64,000 nucleotides of DNA, from contig OY970229.1 of the NCBI GenBank assembly GCA_963714085.1, positions 96,001-160,000 of the forward strand. The letters are read 5' to 3'. Source of the DNA: an uncultured Candidatus Micrarchaeota archaeon (GTDB lineage Archaea > Micrarchaeota > Micrarchaeia > Anstonellales > Bilamarchaeaceae). This document shows, piece by piece, positions 19,238 to 29,305 of this stretch. The notes under the pieces were generated by a model. The model made no database searches. It was not told the origin of the DNA and saw only the letters and a program-made list of their open reading frames with translations. How positions within the stretch are numbered: position 1 is the stretch's first letter; the number at the start of each line of letters is the position of its first letter. A program made the translations under genes and the position numbers.

Positions 19238-19948
19238 ATGGCCGGAATAACGCTCATCCTCGCTTTCATCGCGGGCGTCGTCTCGTTCCTCAGCCCGTGC
19301 GTCCTGCCGCTCATACCGGCATACCTCACCTTCCTGGCAGGCACTACGGTGCAGAAGACGTATTCCCCGAAGATACGGACCGAGATATTCCTGAGCAGCG
19401 TCTCGTTCGTGCTCGGCTTCTCGGTCTTGTTCTCCATCCTGGGCATATTGCTCCAGAGCGTCCTGTCCAAGTTCGCGTACTCCGTGCTCACCTACCTGAG
19501 CTACATCGGCGGCGCCGTGATAATCTTCTTCGGCCTGATGATGATAGGCTTGATAGAGATACCCGCGCTGTCCATCGAGCACAAGGTCAAGGTGGAGCGG
19601 ACGAACATATCTTACATCACGTCATTCATCTTCGGGGCCGCATTCGCGGTGGGCTGGACCCCGTGCGTGGGCGCGGTGCTGGGCAGCATCCTCACGCTGG
19701 CGATAACCCAGCCAGGGTCCTCGTTCCCGCTCATGCTCAGCTACTCCGTAGGGTTGGGCGTTCCGTTCCTGCTGGTCGGGCTTTTCGTGTCCCAGGCGTC
19801 CAGGGCCATACAGTACATCGGCCCGTACCTGAAGTGGCTCAACCTGATCTTCGGGATCGTACTCATAATACTCGGGATCCTCGTCTTCACCCAGACCCTG
19901 CCCCTGGTGGCTAACATAGGGTTCCTCAACGACTGGCTCCTCAAGTGA
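19238..19948 (+). CDS. ccdA: CcdA/DsbD-type transmembrane electron transfer protein
   Basis: SFLSPCVLPLIP and GWTPCVG Pro-Cys motifs; about six TM helices. Confidence 0.92.
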   Translation: MAGITLILAFIAGVVSFLSPCVLPLIPAYLTFLAGTTVQKTYSPKIRTEIFLSSVSFVLGFSVLFSILGILLQSVLSKFAYSVLTYLSYIGGAVIIFFGLMMIGLIEIPALSIEHKVKVERTNISYITSFIFGAAFAVGWTPCVGAVLGSILTLAITQPGSSFPLMLSYSVGLGVPFLLVGLFVSQASRAIQYIGPYLKWLNLIFGIVLIILGILVFTQTLPLVANIGFLNDWLLK

Positions 19949-19952
19949 TTCT

Positions 19953-21077
19953 ATGAAAGCCAACGACCCGGTGACAATAGTAATAGCGATCCTGATCATC
20001 ATCGCCGCCATACTGTTCATCAGGTGGACCGGCGCAGGCGCGGTGGTGACCACGCCGGTGGTGAACACGGTGGCTAACGGCATCGGCAACGCCCTGAACG
20101 TGACTTCCAACCAAAGCGCGGTCGGCGAGGGCTCCCTGTTCCAGAAGGCGCCGGAGCTCACGGGGATATCCGGCTACATAAACGCTCCGAGCAATCTCAC
20201 CATCGCGAGCCTCGGGGGCGACGTGGTGCTCGTGGATTTCTGGACCTACTCGTGCATAAACTGCATACGCACCCTCCCCTACCTGGAGGCGTGGGAGCAG
20301 AAGTACGGCCCCATGGGCTTCGTCATAATAGGCGTGCAGTCCCCTGAATTCGAGTTCGAGAAGGATTTCAACAACGTCCAGGCGGCGGTCACGAAGTACA
20401 ACATCACCTATCCGGTCGTGCTGGACAACGACCACGCGACCTGGAACGCGTACCAGAACCTCTACTGGCCCGAGGATTACCTGGTGGACGCCGACGGCTA
20501 CATAAGATACACCCACATCGGCGAGGGCGACTATGACACCACGGAGTCGGAGATCCAGCAGCTGCTCATGGAGAGGAACCAGAACGCGTCGCCGGGCGGG
20601 ATCGTGGCGAGCAACATCAGCGCGAACTACGACCTCTCTAAAATCGGCACCCCGGAGATATATCTGGGCTATTCCTTCGCAAGGCAGCCCATCGGCAACC
20701 CGCAGGGCTTCGTGCGGGACCAGGTCGTGGACTATTCCATCCCCCAGGCCATGCAGACCAATGTCGTCTATTTCTCCGGGTCCTGGCTGAACAACCCGGA
20801 CAACATGGAGCTCTCTTCGGACACCGGCAAGATAATCCTGACATACTACGCGAAGAACGTGAACATCGTGGCCGGAGGGAACGGCACACTCAACCTCCTG
20901 CTGGACGACGCCGCGCCGTCCCCTGACCAGTACGGCCTGGACGATGCGAATGGGACCGTGACCGTGAACCAGGAGCGGCTCTACAGTTTGATAGACGACA
21001 CGGGCTACAACCAGAGGACGCTGGAGATAGATGCCACTGGGAAAGGATTCAGGATTTACACATTCACGTTCGGCTAG
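19953..21077 (+). CDS. Membrane-anchored thioredoxin-like protein (DipZ C-terminal-type redoxin plus beta-sandwich domain)
   Basis: DFWTYSCINC, SPEFEFEK, YWP, GEGDY, TPEIYLG, C-terminal YTFTFG. Confidence 0.9.
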   Translation: MKANDPVTIVIAILIIIAAILFIRWTGAGAVVTTPVVNTVANGIGNALNVTSNQSAVGEGSLFQKAPELTGISGYINAPSNLTIASLGGDVVLVDFWTYSCINCIRTLPYLEAWEQKYGPMGFVIIGVQSPEFEFEKDFNNVQAAVTKYNITYPVVLDNDHATWNAYQNLYWPEDYLVDADGYIRYTHIGEGDYDTTESEIQQLLMERNQNASPGGIVASNISANYDLSKIGTPEIYLGYSFARQPIGNPQGFVRDQVVDYSIPQAMQTNVVYFSGSWLNNPDNMELSSDTGKIILTYYAKNVNIVAGGNGTLNLLLDDAAPSPDQYGLDDANGTVTVNQERLYSLIDDTGYNQRTLEIDATGKGFRIYTFTFG

Positions 21078-21113
21078 GCCGCGGATCGGGCCCGTCTTTT
21101 TGCCTTCGATGCG

Positions 21114-22037
21114 TCAAACCGACAGCCTATCCAGCGTATCGCAGATTATCTCGAGCGACTCCTTGAAGGTTTCTTCGTTCAGGATGGAACCGGGCAGTAT
21201 GTAGGCCGCCCGTTCGTTGGTTATATTGAATAACGCCCATTGTCCGTCAAAACGCGTGCTTCTCCAAAGAATCGAGTACATCCCGAGCTTGTCGATGCGC
21301 TGGTAGATGTCCTCCAGGCCGGCGGCCACCATCCGCTCTTTGCTGTCGAAGATCATCTTCGGATCCCTTCCCGATCTGTTCGGGGTCTTGATGCTCAATC
21401 CGACGCTTTGGCCCAAGCCGCTCGGGGTGAACAGCTGGATATTGAAATCCCGTCCCCTGTAAGCGCCATCCCATCCGGTCGCGACCTTGGCAAAACCGTT
21501 TTTTTGCAGGACCGGTTCTATCGAAGACGCCGCGGTATCTTTTGATTTTTTAGCCTCGGCGCTGAGAACGAAGAATAGCAAGACCGCTATCGGGATTATG
21601 AATCCGATGAGGATGTAACCGGATTGGGTGGTGAAGAGGGTGGAAGCGAGCCGTGATTGGTCCGGTGCATCGGGATTCACGAGGATTCCGATTTCGGACT
21701 CTCCGGTGTTCGCATTCGTTGTGCCTCCGACCTCGCCTACGAACTGGATGGTGGACGGTGCGACATCGCTTGAGCAGCAATGGCCCGAATACTGGTTTTC
21801 GTTATAGGGATAAGCGTAGGTCATATTGACTATGTGCGAGCAGGATCCGTGCGTATCGCAGTTTGAAATCGCGTTTTCATCGAAGTGGGTGACCGTCGCA
21901 TTGACTGGTCTCCAGGTGCTGAGGATGACATAGTCGGAATACAGCGACTGTACGCCGATGAAGATGAAGCAGAGGCCTATGAGCACCGCGAGACAGATTA
22001 CGTACTTTGCGTAGTACGGCATTGCCATGGCCAGCAT
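21114..22037 (-). CDS. DUF3592-like membrane protein
   Basis: TM helix, WRPVNATV, YAYPY, VNPDAPDQSRL, second TM helix. Confidence 0.65.
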   Translation of the reverse strand: MLAMAMPYYAKYVICLAVLIGLCFIFIGVQSLYSDYVILSTWRPVNATVTHFDENAISNCDTHGSCSHIVNMTYAYPYNENQYSGHCCSSDVAPSTIQFVGEVGGTTNANTGESEIGILVNPDAPDQSRLASTLFTTQSGYILIGFIIPIAVLLFFVLSAEAKKSKDTAASSIEPVLQKNGFAKVATGWDGAYRGRDFNIQLFTPSGLGQSVGLSIKTPNRSGRDPKMIFDSKERMVAAGLEDIYQRIDKLGMYSILWRSTRFDGQWALFNITNERAAYILPGSILNEETFKESLEIICDTLDRLSV

Positions 22038-22099
22038 AGGGACTGGTTATTATTTTAAGGTTTGGCACGCCACCGGGATTGAGCCGGCCATGCCAAGCT

Positions 22100-23014
22100 C
22101 TACCGCTTCTTCTGCAGCCACTCGTACGCGCAATACGAGGCCAGCACCGCCTCCCCTGCGCCCACTATCGCCTGCTTGAACACCGTGTCCGCGACGTCGC
22201 CGCACGCGTACACGCCAGGGACGCTCGTCTCCGCGCGCCTGTTGATCATGATCTCTCCTTTTTCGTTGAGCTTGGCACCCAGCTGCTTCGCGAGCTCGGA
22301 GTTCGGAGTCCTCCCGATCTCCACGAACACGCCGTCCACCTTGAAGTCATGAGAGCCGTTGTACGGCTTGTCCAGGACGAGATTCTCGAGCCGCCCCTTC
22401 CCAGCGAACTCCTTCACGTTCGTCTTGTTCATTATCTCTATCTTGCTGTTCGCCATCGCGCGCTCGAGGTTGACCGGCTCCGCGCGCACCTTCTCGCCCC
22501 TGTAGATGATGTAGACCTTCTTCGCCCATTGCGTGAGCAATAAAGCCTCCTTGACCGCGGAGTCGCTCCCGCCTATCACCGCTATGCTCTTGTCCCTGTA
22601 GAAGACCCCGTCGCAGAGCGCGCAGGTGTGCACGCCCTTGTTCTCCAGCTCGGTCTCGCCCGGGATGCCCATCTTGCGCGTGGCGCTGCCTGTCGCGAGT
22701 ATGAGCGCCCTGGAGGAGTATGTTTTGCCCTCGGCGTCCGTGACCGTGAACCCGTCCTTGGTCTTCTCGGCCTTGACCGCCTTCGCATCCACGATCTCCG
22801 GCTTGTACTCGTTGGCGTGCTGCTCTATGTTATTGGCCAGGTCCATGCCGTTGATGGACTTTATGCCGGGCCAGTTCGTGACGTGGTTGGTGAGGATTAT
22901 CGTGCCGCCACGGCTCTCCGCTATGACGAGCGTGCTCAGCTTCAGCCTGCCGCAGTACATGGCCGCGGAGAAACCCGCGACCCCGCCCCCGATGATGGCG
23001 ATGTCGTATTCCAT
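22100..23014 (-). CDS. trxB: Thioredoxin reductase
   Basis: IIGGGVAG, ILATG, GVHTCALCDG, VIGGSDSA, GVYACGD. Confidence 0.95.
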   Translation of the reverse strand: MEYDIAIIGGGVAGFSAAMYCGRLKLSTLVIAESRGGTIILTNHVTNWPGIKSINGMDLANNIEQHANEYKPEIVDAKAVKAEKTKDGFTVTDAEGKTYSSRALILATGSATRKMGIPGETELENKGVHTCALCDGVFYRDKSIAVIGGSDSAVKEALLLTQWAKKVYIIYRGEKVRAEPVNLERAMANSKIEIMNKTNVKEFAGKGRLENLVLDKPYNGSHDFKVDGVFVEIGRTPNSELAKQLGAKLNEKGEIMINRRAETSVPGVYACGDVADTVFKQAIVGAGEAVLASYCAYEWLQKKR

Positions 23015-23018
23015 GCGC

Positions 23019-23276
23019 TCACGCAAGGCCGAGCGCCTTCTTTATCGCCGGCTGGTTGAAGCCGATTATCACGTCCTTGTCTATCAGGATGACCGGGATG
23101 CCGGTCTGGCCGGAGACCTGCTGGACCTCGGCCGCGTACTTCTGGTTCACGCCCACGTCCCTCATCTCGAACTTTATCTTGTTCGCGTTGAGGAAATCCA
23201 TGGCCTTGTGGCACCAGGGGCACCATTCCGCCGAATAGACGATCACCTTTTTCTCCGCAGCTTTTTTTTCCGCCAT
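23019..23276 (-). CDS. Glutaredoxin/NrdH-like redoxin
   Basis: WCPWC active site, SGQTGIPV, IIGF. Confidence 0.92.
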   Translation of the reverse strand: MAEKKAAEKKVIVYSAEWCPWCHKAMDFLNANKIKFEMRDVGVNQKYAAEVQQVSGQTGIPVILIDKDVIIGFNQPAIKKALGLA

Positions 23277-23392
23277 AAACACTACCTCTCTGTCCGTGTT
23301 TAGGCTAGCTATATTTTAAAACCTGTTACTGAGGTTCGTTCCGACTGGCGGCGAAAAATCGCGGAATAAAAAAAATGAAGAAATGCCTGGCC

Positions 23393-24160
23393 TCAGGCAA
23401 AAGACGTTGCGTATATGTCCCTCCTCGAGTTCAGGTAGGCCAGCAGCGCGCTCGTTTTGGCCGGGTTGTTCTTGAACAGAGCGAGATATGCGTTCGCCTT
23501 GTTCTGGAAATCGTTCGCATACGCATCTCCGCCGTTTATCGCCTTTCCGACCGACCAGTAGCTCTTGGATTGCGCCAGGGATACCAGTCCCTTCCCCTTA
23601 TAATACGCCACGAATATCTTCGCTGCGTAATTCGGCTGCAGGGCCTTGATCTGGGGGCACACCGCCGCGTTGGTCGCAGTGCACTTCCACTGGTTTTTGC
23701 ATCCACATACGTTGGTCTGTGGCGTCGAGGTGCCGATACAGTCAGAGCCGCAGTACGTCTGATAATTGTACTTGTGCGTTATCTGTATGTAGCCCCTGCC
23801 TTTGTAATCAACGCCTCCGTCATAGGGCGTCGATCTGCACGCGCCGTTGATCTTGTAGGTGCATCCCGGCCCCATGCCGTAATCCCCGTTCTCCTCGCCA
23901 GGCACATAGCCTATCCCTCCAACCTCCTTATCCAGCGTCGCCATGGTCGCGGCAAGCAGTTCTGGAGTCATGCTCATCCCGTTGTCGTTGAACGACAGGG
24001 AGATTGACCGCAACGCGGTTTGCAAATTCGCGTTCGAGGTCGAGCCATGATTGAACAGCGCAGGGAAGTCGCTGCTTCCCGTGTACGCAAATGCCGCCCC
24101 CGCCATCTGGCATAAGACCAGGATGGCAAACACCAGTCCGAATCTTTTCATGGTTTTCAT
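23393..24160 (-). CDS. Secreted GH19-like (chitinase/endolysin, lysozyme fold) glycoside hydrolase
   Basis: Signal peptide MKTMKRFGLVFAILVLCQMAGAAFA; AATMATLDKEVG, YKGRGYIQITHKYNY and AINGG motifs. Confidence 0.8.
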   Translation of the reverse strand: MKTMKRFGLVFAILVLCQMAGAAFAYTGSSDFPALFNHGSTSNANLQTALRSISLSFNDNGMSMTPELLAATMATLDKEVGGIGYVPGEENGDYGMGPGCTYKINGACRSTPYDGGVDYKGRGYIQITHKYNYQTYCGSDCIGTSTPQTNVCGCKNQWKCTATNAAVCPQIKALQPNYAAKIFVAYYKGKGLVSLAQSKSYWSVGKAINGGDAYANDFQNKANAYLALFKNNPAKTSALLAYLNSRRDIYATSFA

Positions 24161-24183
24161 AGATACCACGTAATCATCTGGGA

Positions 24184-24858
24184 GTGCCGGGTGCATTAGG
24201 CTGGCGCCGCTGTCGGACGGCCCCAGACCGCTTCCTGGCCGCTGTGGAGCGGTGGCAGGATGATATTCTTGCGTGCCATCAGCATATCATGGCAAGGGGC
24301 GAGGCGGCGGGCGCAAGGCTCATGGAGGTGTCGGACCGGCTCGTCGGGATACGCGCCGGCATCCGGAGGCCGAACGTGGAATCCAAGATACGCGTGCTTA
24401 GGGAGAAGGTGCGCAGGATCGCGTCCGGGCGCTGCACCGCGGAGCAGGCGGACAGGTTGATTGAGATACTCTGCCTTCCGGTGGACCTGGATTTCCGCCA
24501 GAGGATGGAACTCGAGTCGTTCGACGCCGCGAGCCTGGCGAAGAAGAGCCTGGCTCTCGCGGAGCTGATGGCCTGCACCCCGGAGCTCGGGGCGCTCCAG
24601 TTCTGGCGGCCCGGCCTTGGCCCGGCGGCCCTGGGGGGCGCGGACGCGAAAAAGAGGATGTCCAGGCTGAGGCTCATGCCAGAGGTAAGGCGAAGGAAGA
24701 AGGATCGCATATTCCGCATGTTGAAGATCCCGGCATCCGTGGAGACGCTAGTCCATGACATAGAGCGCGATTACATGGTCCTTGACGAATGCCGGAAGCT
24801 CGAGGAGAAAATCGACCATTGCCTTTCGAAGATAAAGGAAAACCTGGCGCGGCTTTAA
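24184..24858 (+). CDS. Hypothetical helical protein (start uncertain)
   Basis: Only long ORF on the + strand between the flanking genes; coiled-coil-like composition. Confidence 0.5.
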   Translation: MPGALGWRRCRTAPDRFLAAVERWQDDILACHQHIMARGEAAGARLMEVSDRLVGIRAGIRRPNVESKIRVLREKVRRIASGRCTAEQADRLIEILCLPVDLDFRQRMELESFDAASLAKKSLALAELMACTPELGALQFWRPGLGPAALGGADAKKRMSRLRLMPEVRRRKKDRIFRMLKIPASVETLVHDIERDYMVLDECRKLEEKIDHCLSKIKENLARL

Positions 24859-24903
24859 GCCTTCAGGGCGCTTTTTAAACTGTATTACTAAAAATGTTAA
24901 AGT

Positions 24904-26226
24904 ATGGCTGCAACGCCTAGGTGCGGGCTTCAGATACCGAAAAGATGCCCCGAATGGCTCCACATCCCCAGCGATACCGCGGCATGGCATAGCAAGAGGC
25001 CGTGGGTCGACCGGCCGGAATGCGACTATTACGACTGGGCCAGGGGCGTGCGCTCCGCCGACGCCGCACACCAGCTGGCGCACAGGAGCTTCGAATCGCT
25101 TTTCAGCCTCAGCCTCCGCGAGGTTGCGGACAGGCACGCCCAGGTGGCAGAAGAAGTGCGGGGAAAGATCTGCAGCGCGTTCAACAGGAACCCGGCGAAC
25201 AGCGTCAGGCCCGAGCACGTCGTTCTGGGGCAAAGCATCTCCGAGCTGTCCAATCTGGCCGCGTATCTGCTGTTCTTGAGCTTCCAGAAATTCTGCATTC
25301 CGGAGGAAGGCAGGTACACGTATCAGCAGTTTTTCAACGCATTATACCTTCCAGCCGAGGTGGCGAGAAAAAAGGCCACGCAACAGGTTTTCCGCGTCAA
25401 TGCCGGTTATCCGTTCTATGAGTACAAACCTGAAAAAATCGAAGCATGCGGAGGCAATCCTTACGACTGCTATTGCGACTTCAGCCGTATGGCGGCTGGC
25501 AGGGAACTGCCCATAAGCGCATGGGAACTCGCTACCCGGGAGGTTTCCCATGACGGTTTTTGTTCGTGCGTCCATCACAAGCGAATGCCACGCATCGATA
25601 AAGAACCGGAAGGCATTTTTAGATTTGGCGACGGGGCGCATGTGAGCAATTTTTCCGAGATTGACCTCGCGCGATGGGACGCGTTATTCGGCAGTTTCGG
25701 AAAGTTTTTGGGCGGGGAACCGCTTGCCTTTGCGATAATGAGCGACCGGATGCTCGATCATCTGGAAAAATCCGGGCACGGGCTCAGAAAAATCGCAGGC
25801 CAATTCGCACCAGAAGCAGGTTTAGGTGCGGATTGCACCGAAACCGCCCATTGGATATCTTTGCCGGAATTGGAGGCTGCGAATGCCGTTTTGGGCCATT
25901 ATCTGTCTTTGCCGCAACTGCCCATGCATTATGCATATTCTCATTGCGCCACGTCTGGCAGTTACTATGAAGGTTACGCGCGGCTGCTCAGGGTCGTTTC
26001 GGAATCATTCGCCGAATACAAGGGCCTCGGAATAGGCTATATCGAAAATGCATGTGACAATCCAGTTTGTTGGTCCTACAGGTTCCGGGTGTCATTTTCA
26101 CAGTACCAGGCTGTGGACCCCGAACGGGCCAGGAAGATGCTCGATGACGCCAATCAGGTCTATCAGCATTTGAGGACCCGGGAAGCGTTGGAGAGGAAAG
26201 TGCTATGGGTTCCGAAATCCGAATAG
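24904..26226 (+). CDS. Divergent class V PLP-dependent aminotransferase/desulfurase-fold protein
   Basis: EEVRGKICSAF...PEHVVLGQSISE, GDGAH, SFGKFLGGEP (PLP Lys position), HWISLPEL shared with 26955-28646. Confidence 0.6.
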   Translation: MAATPRCGLQIPKRCPEWLHIPSDTAAWHSKRPWVDRPECDYYDWARGVRSADAAHQLAHRSFESLFSLSLREVADRHAQVAEEVRGKICSAFNRNPANSVRPEHVVLGQSISELSNLAAYLLFLSFQKFCIPEEGRYTYQQFFNALYLPAEVARKKATQQVFRVNAGYPFYEYKPEKIEACGGNPYDCYCDFSRMAAGRELPISAWELATREVSHDGFCSCVHHKRMPRIDKEPEGIFRFGDGAHVSNFSEIDLARWDALFGSFGKFLGGEPLAFAIMSDRMLDHLEKSGHGLRKIAGQFAPEAGLGADCTETAHWISLPELEAANAVLGHYLSLPQLPMHYAYSHCATSGSYYEGYARLLRVVSESFAEYKGLGIGYIENACDNPVCWSYRFRVSFSQYQAVDPERARKMLDDANQVYQHLRTREALERKVLWVPKSE

Positions 26227-26958
26227 CTACCTCATCACCCTCATTATGTCGCTCATTATCGGCATGAGCTTTCGCTCCGACTTCCTGAGCAGCTCCGCGG
26301 CAGTGCTTTCGCTTATGCCGAGCTTCGCGCCCAGCTCCTGGAGGCTTACCTTCTTCGGTTCCTCATAATATCCGTACCTGCACGCAAGGTCGAACAGCTC
26401 GTACTGGCGCGGCGTGAGGAGCTCTGACGCGGATTTGAGCTGGAGGTAGCCGCTGGAAGAGAATATGTCGAAATTGACCTTCTCCTTCGTAGTTATGAAC
26501 CTCTTGGACTTGAGCCTTATGTCGTAGTTGCCCTCCACAATCTCCAGGAATTTCCGGTAGTTATGGTAGCTCGGCGCGAAGAGCGTGACCACGTCCGTGC
26601 CGTTCTGGCTGTAGGTCGGCTGGAGCCATGCAACCCCCGAGCTTGCGAGCTTTGGGGCAGTGGATATGCAGTTGTCCGCTCGTATCGCGACCCAGCTCGT
26701 CCGCTCGCCCTTCTGGACCACCCGCACCTCCCTTACCTCCTTCAATGACCTGGACCGCTCCAGCATCCCCGCAAGCTCGTCGCTGCCTATCTCGAACAGG
26801 TTGGTTACGGTGTTCCTGTCGCTGGACAGCGTCATCAGCCACCGTATCTTGATGCCGTGGAGCCTTTCGCTGGCGTCGCAGCTGACGCACTTATGGACCT
26901 GCTCCAGTTCCACGATCAGAGGCGATTCCCCCATGACCCTGTTTTCGTCTTTTTTCAT
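26227..26958 (-). CDS. HTH-10 (bacterio-opsin activator-like) transcription regulator
   Basis: LTPRQYELFDLACRYGYYEEPKKVSLQELGAKLGISESTAAELLRKSERKL. Confidence 0.9.
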   Translation of the reverse strand: MKKDENRVMGESPLIVELEQVHKCVSCDASERLHGIKIRWLMTLSSDRNTVTNLFEIGSDELAGMLERSRSLKEVREVRVVQKGERTSWVAIRADNCISTAPKLASSGVAWLQPTYSQNGTDVVTLFAPSYHNYRKFLEIVEGNYDIRLKSKRFITTKEKVNFDIFSSSGYLQLKSASELLTPRQYELFDLACRYGYYEEPKKVSLQELGAKLGISESTAAELLRKSERKLMPIMSDIMRVMR

Positions 26959-28646
26959 TTATTAACCTTCCCCCGCTCTGGAGCGATGCGCGCCTCGGCT
27001 GCATTCCGTATGGCCTGGTCGCCATGATAGCCGGCTACTGCCCGCAACAGCCACTCGTCCTGCGTGGATTGGACCAGTGCCATCGCCCGGCTCGGCTCTG
27101 CGAAGAAAATCGCATCGAGCTTCTCGAGATTTTTCATGATTCTGCCGTCATTTTTTCTATTCACGGAGGCGTCTTCGATCAGGCCCCTCTCTAGGGAATA
27201 TGCAAGCCTGCTTGCCAAACCCCTCACATGCTCGATGCTGTGCTCCGGGGACAAGCTTATCCTGATAGCATACGCCACGTACAAGAAACCTGTGAGCACG
27301 GGCCTGCCCGAAATGTCGTGCTCGGACAGGTTCTCGAATGTTATCGCGTATGGTGCCATGTCCTTCCTGAACGTGATTTTCAGCTCGAAATCCATCGATT
27401 GGTATCCGGGGTCGTTCTTCATGATCGCGAAACTGACGAAATGGGGCGCTGAATCCACCGAAGGAAGCCGGATGCCCGACCAGGCAGCATTGAACGAAAA
27501 CACCGCCGCGCAGAGATAGTCCTTGAGCTTCTTCATCTGCCTAGCCCGCTCTTCCACATCCAGGCTTTCTATCGTAGCATACAGGGAAAACAACTCGGGC
27601 AACGATACCCAGTGCGCGCATCCTGCCGCGTCCTTCGGTCCCACTGCCAGGCTGGTTTCAGGGCTGAACTGGAACGCGATCCTCGGCCAGGATGTCCTCG
27701 GCAGCTCCTTCTCCATGATGCCGAGTACCTCGTCGCTGACATAGCACATGCCGACGGTGGGCTCTCCGCCGAGTGCTTTCGATGAGTTCATCACCACCAC
27801 ATCGCCTAATTCAGCGGCCTTGAACCTCAATGCTCCGACAGAATGGCTGGCATCGACGATATGCAGCCACACGGGCCCGATCCTTTCTATCTCCTGCCAA
27901 ATCGCCCGGAGGTCTTTCTCACCGCTAATTCGGTTGACGTGCGAGCAGTACGCCACGTTCGGCCCGCCACCGAGTTTTCCAGCCGCAGGTCTGCCACTCG
28001 GGGGCATGGGGCTCCGATGCAGGTCGGCATCCGAAACATACTCGAATTCCCCCGTTATTTCAGACGAACCGGTATTCGTGACGAATTTCAAACCAAACCG
28101 CTCTCTGAAGTGACGCATTTCTGCGATATCGTCGAAACTCCGCAACAGCTGGTCCTTTGCCCCGAAATTCTGGAAGGTCAGCCTGTCCGCGGTCCGGCGA
28201 TTCTCCGTTACAAATATCTCAAGAGCATTGAATTCGCTGCGATCAGCAACAAGGTTGTATCTTCTTTGCCGCCCCAGGCTCAACAGTACGGGTATCAATG
28301 TCCGCATCGCAGAATTCCCGAAAAAGATATTCCTGGGTTCGCATTCCAAAAGCTCTGCCATTCGTTTCCGCGCTGCTTCCGCAAGATTAAATCCGCCGCT
28401 TGCAACCGCCGCGGCCCCCTTTTCACTAAGCAGCCTGGGTGTTATGTCATTGTAATATTCAAGAGCCGCCTCATGGCCCGCGTCGCTTCCCCGTATGCCG
28501 GAAGCAACATCGAAATACCATTTCATCGGTATGTCATTTGGATCGCGGCCGTGTTTTTGTGTTCTGTCGAGAAGGGGCGTTTCGCTCGCCGTTGCGCTAT
28601 GCTGCCAGCGCTCTTTGTGTTTCCACAGCCCCTGACTCTTAAACAT
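26955..28646 (-). CDS. Divergent class V PLP-dependent aminotransferase/desulfurase-fold protein
   Basis: EAARKRMAELLECEPRNIFFGNS, SHVNRISG, IVDASHSVG, NSSKALGGEP, IRISL. Confidence 0.7.
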   Translation of the reverse strand: MFKSQGLWKHKERWQHSATASETPLLDRTQKHGRDPNDIPMKWYFDVASGIRGSDAGHEAALEYYNDITPRLLSEKGAAAVASGGFNLAEAARKRMAELLECEPRNIFFGNSAMRTLIPVLLSLGRQRRYNLVADRSEFNALEIFVTENRRTADRLTFQNFGAKDQLLRSFDDIAEMRHFRERFGLKFVTNTGSSEITGEFEYVSDADLHRSPMPPSGRPAAGKLGGGPNVAYCSHVNRISGEKDLRAIWQEIERIGPVWLHIVDASHSVGALRFKAAELGDVVVMNSSKALGGEPTVGMCYVSDEVLGIMEKELPRTSWPRIAFQFSPETSLAVGPKDAAGCAHWVSLPELFSLYATIESLDVEERARQMKKLKDYLCAAVFSFNAAWSGIRLPSVDSAPHFVSFAIMKNDPGYQSMDFELKITFRKDMAPYAITFENLSEHDISGRPVLTGFLYVAYAIRISLSPEHSIEHVRGLASRLAYSLERGLIEDASVNRKNDGRIMKNLEKLDAIFFAEPSRAMALVQSTQDEWLLRAVAGYHGDQAIRNAAEARIAPERGKVNK

Positions 28647-28699
28647 GTTTTAATTTATGTCAACAAAAGCTTAAAAACTCGCTTGAAGATAGTCTAACC

Positions 28700-29281
28700 A
28701 TGATAGCCGGGCTCGACCTTGCGGGAAGCGGAATGCGCGATACCGGGTACTGCCTGCTTGATGGCAGGAAAGCGAAGGTAGCGATACTGCACAGCGACAG
28801 GGACATACTCGCCGCGCTCAGGAGCGACAGGCCGGACATCGTGGCGATAGACGCCCCGCTCTCGCTCCCCAAAGGCAGGAGGAGCATAGACGTGCGCGAC
28901 GCTCACCATTTCCGCGGATGCGACCTGGAGCTGCGCAAGCTGGGCATACGCTTTTTCCCCATCACATTGGGACCCATGCGCATGCTCACCAAAAGGGGCA
29001 TGTCGCTGAAAAAGAAGATCGCCCGCGCGCTTCCGAAGGCCCGCGTGATCGAGGCGTATCCCGGGGCGGCCTACGACCTGCTCGGAGCGGAGCGCAAAAA
29101 CAAGAAGGCGATACGCTCGCTTTTCCGAAAATACGCGCTCACGCTTCCTGGACGCCCGCTTTCGCAGGACGAGCTGGACGGAGTCTGCTGCGCGCTGGTC
29201 GGGAGGATGTTCGCGGAAGGGGATGCGGTCGAGATAGGCGACAAGAAGGAGGGGACCATCATAATACCGAAAGCCAAATGA
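28700..29281 (+). CDS. DUF429 family RNase H-fold nuclease-like protein
   Basis: AGLDLAG, VAIDAPLSLP, IEAYP, DELDG motifs. Confidence 0.85.
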   Translation: MIAGLDLAGSGMRDTGYCLLDGRKAKVAILHSDRDILAALRSDRPDIVAIDAPLSLPKGRRSIDVRDAHHFRGCDLELRKLGIRFFPITLGPMRMLTKRGMSLKKKIARALPKARVIEAYPGAAYDLLGAERKNKKAIRSLFRKYALTLPGRPLSQDELDGVCCALVGRMFAEGDAVEIGDKKEGTIIIPKAK

Positions 29282-29305
29282 ATGCCTTCGCGATGCAGAA
29301 TCGCT

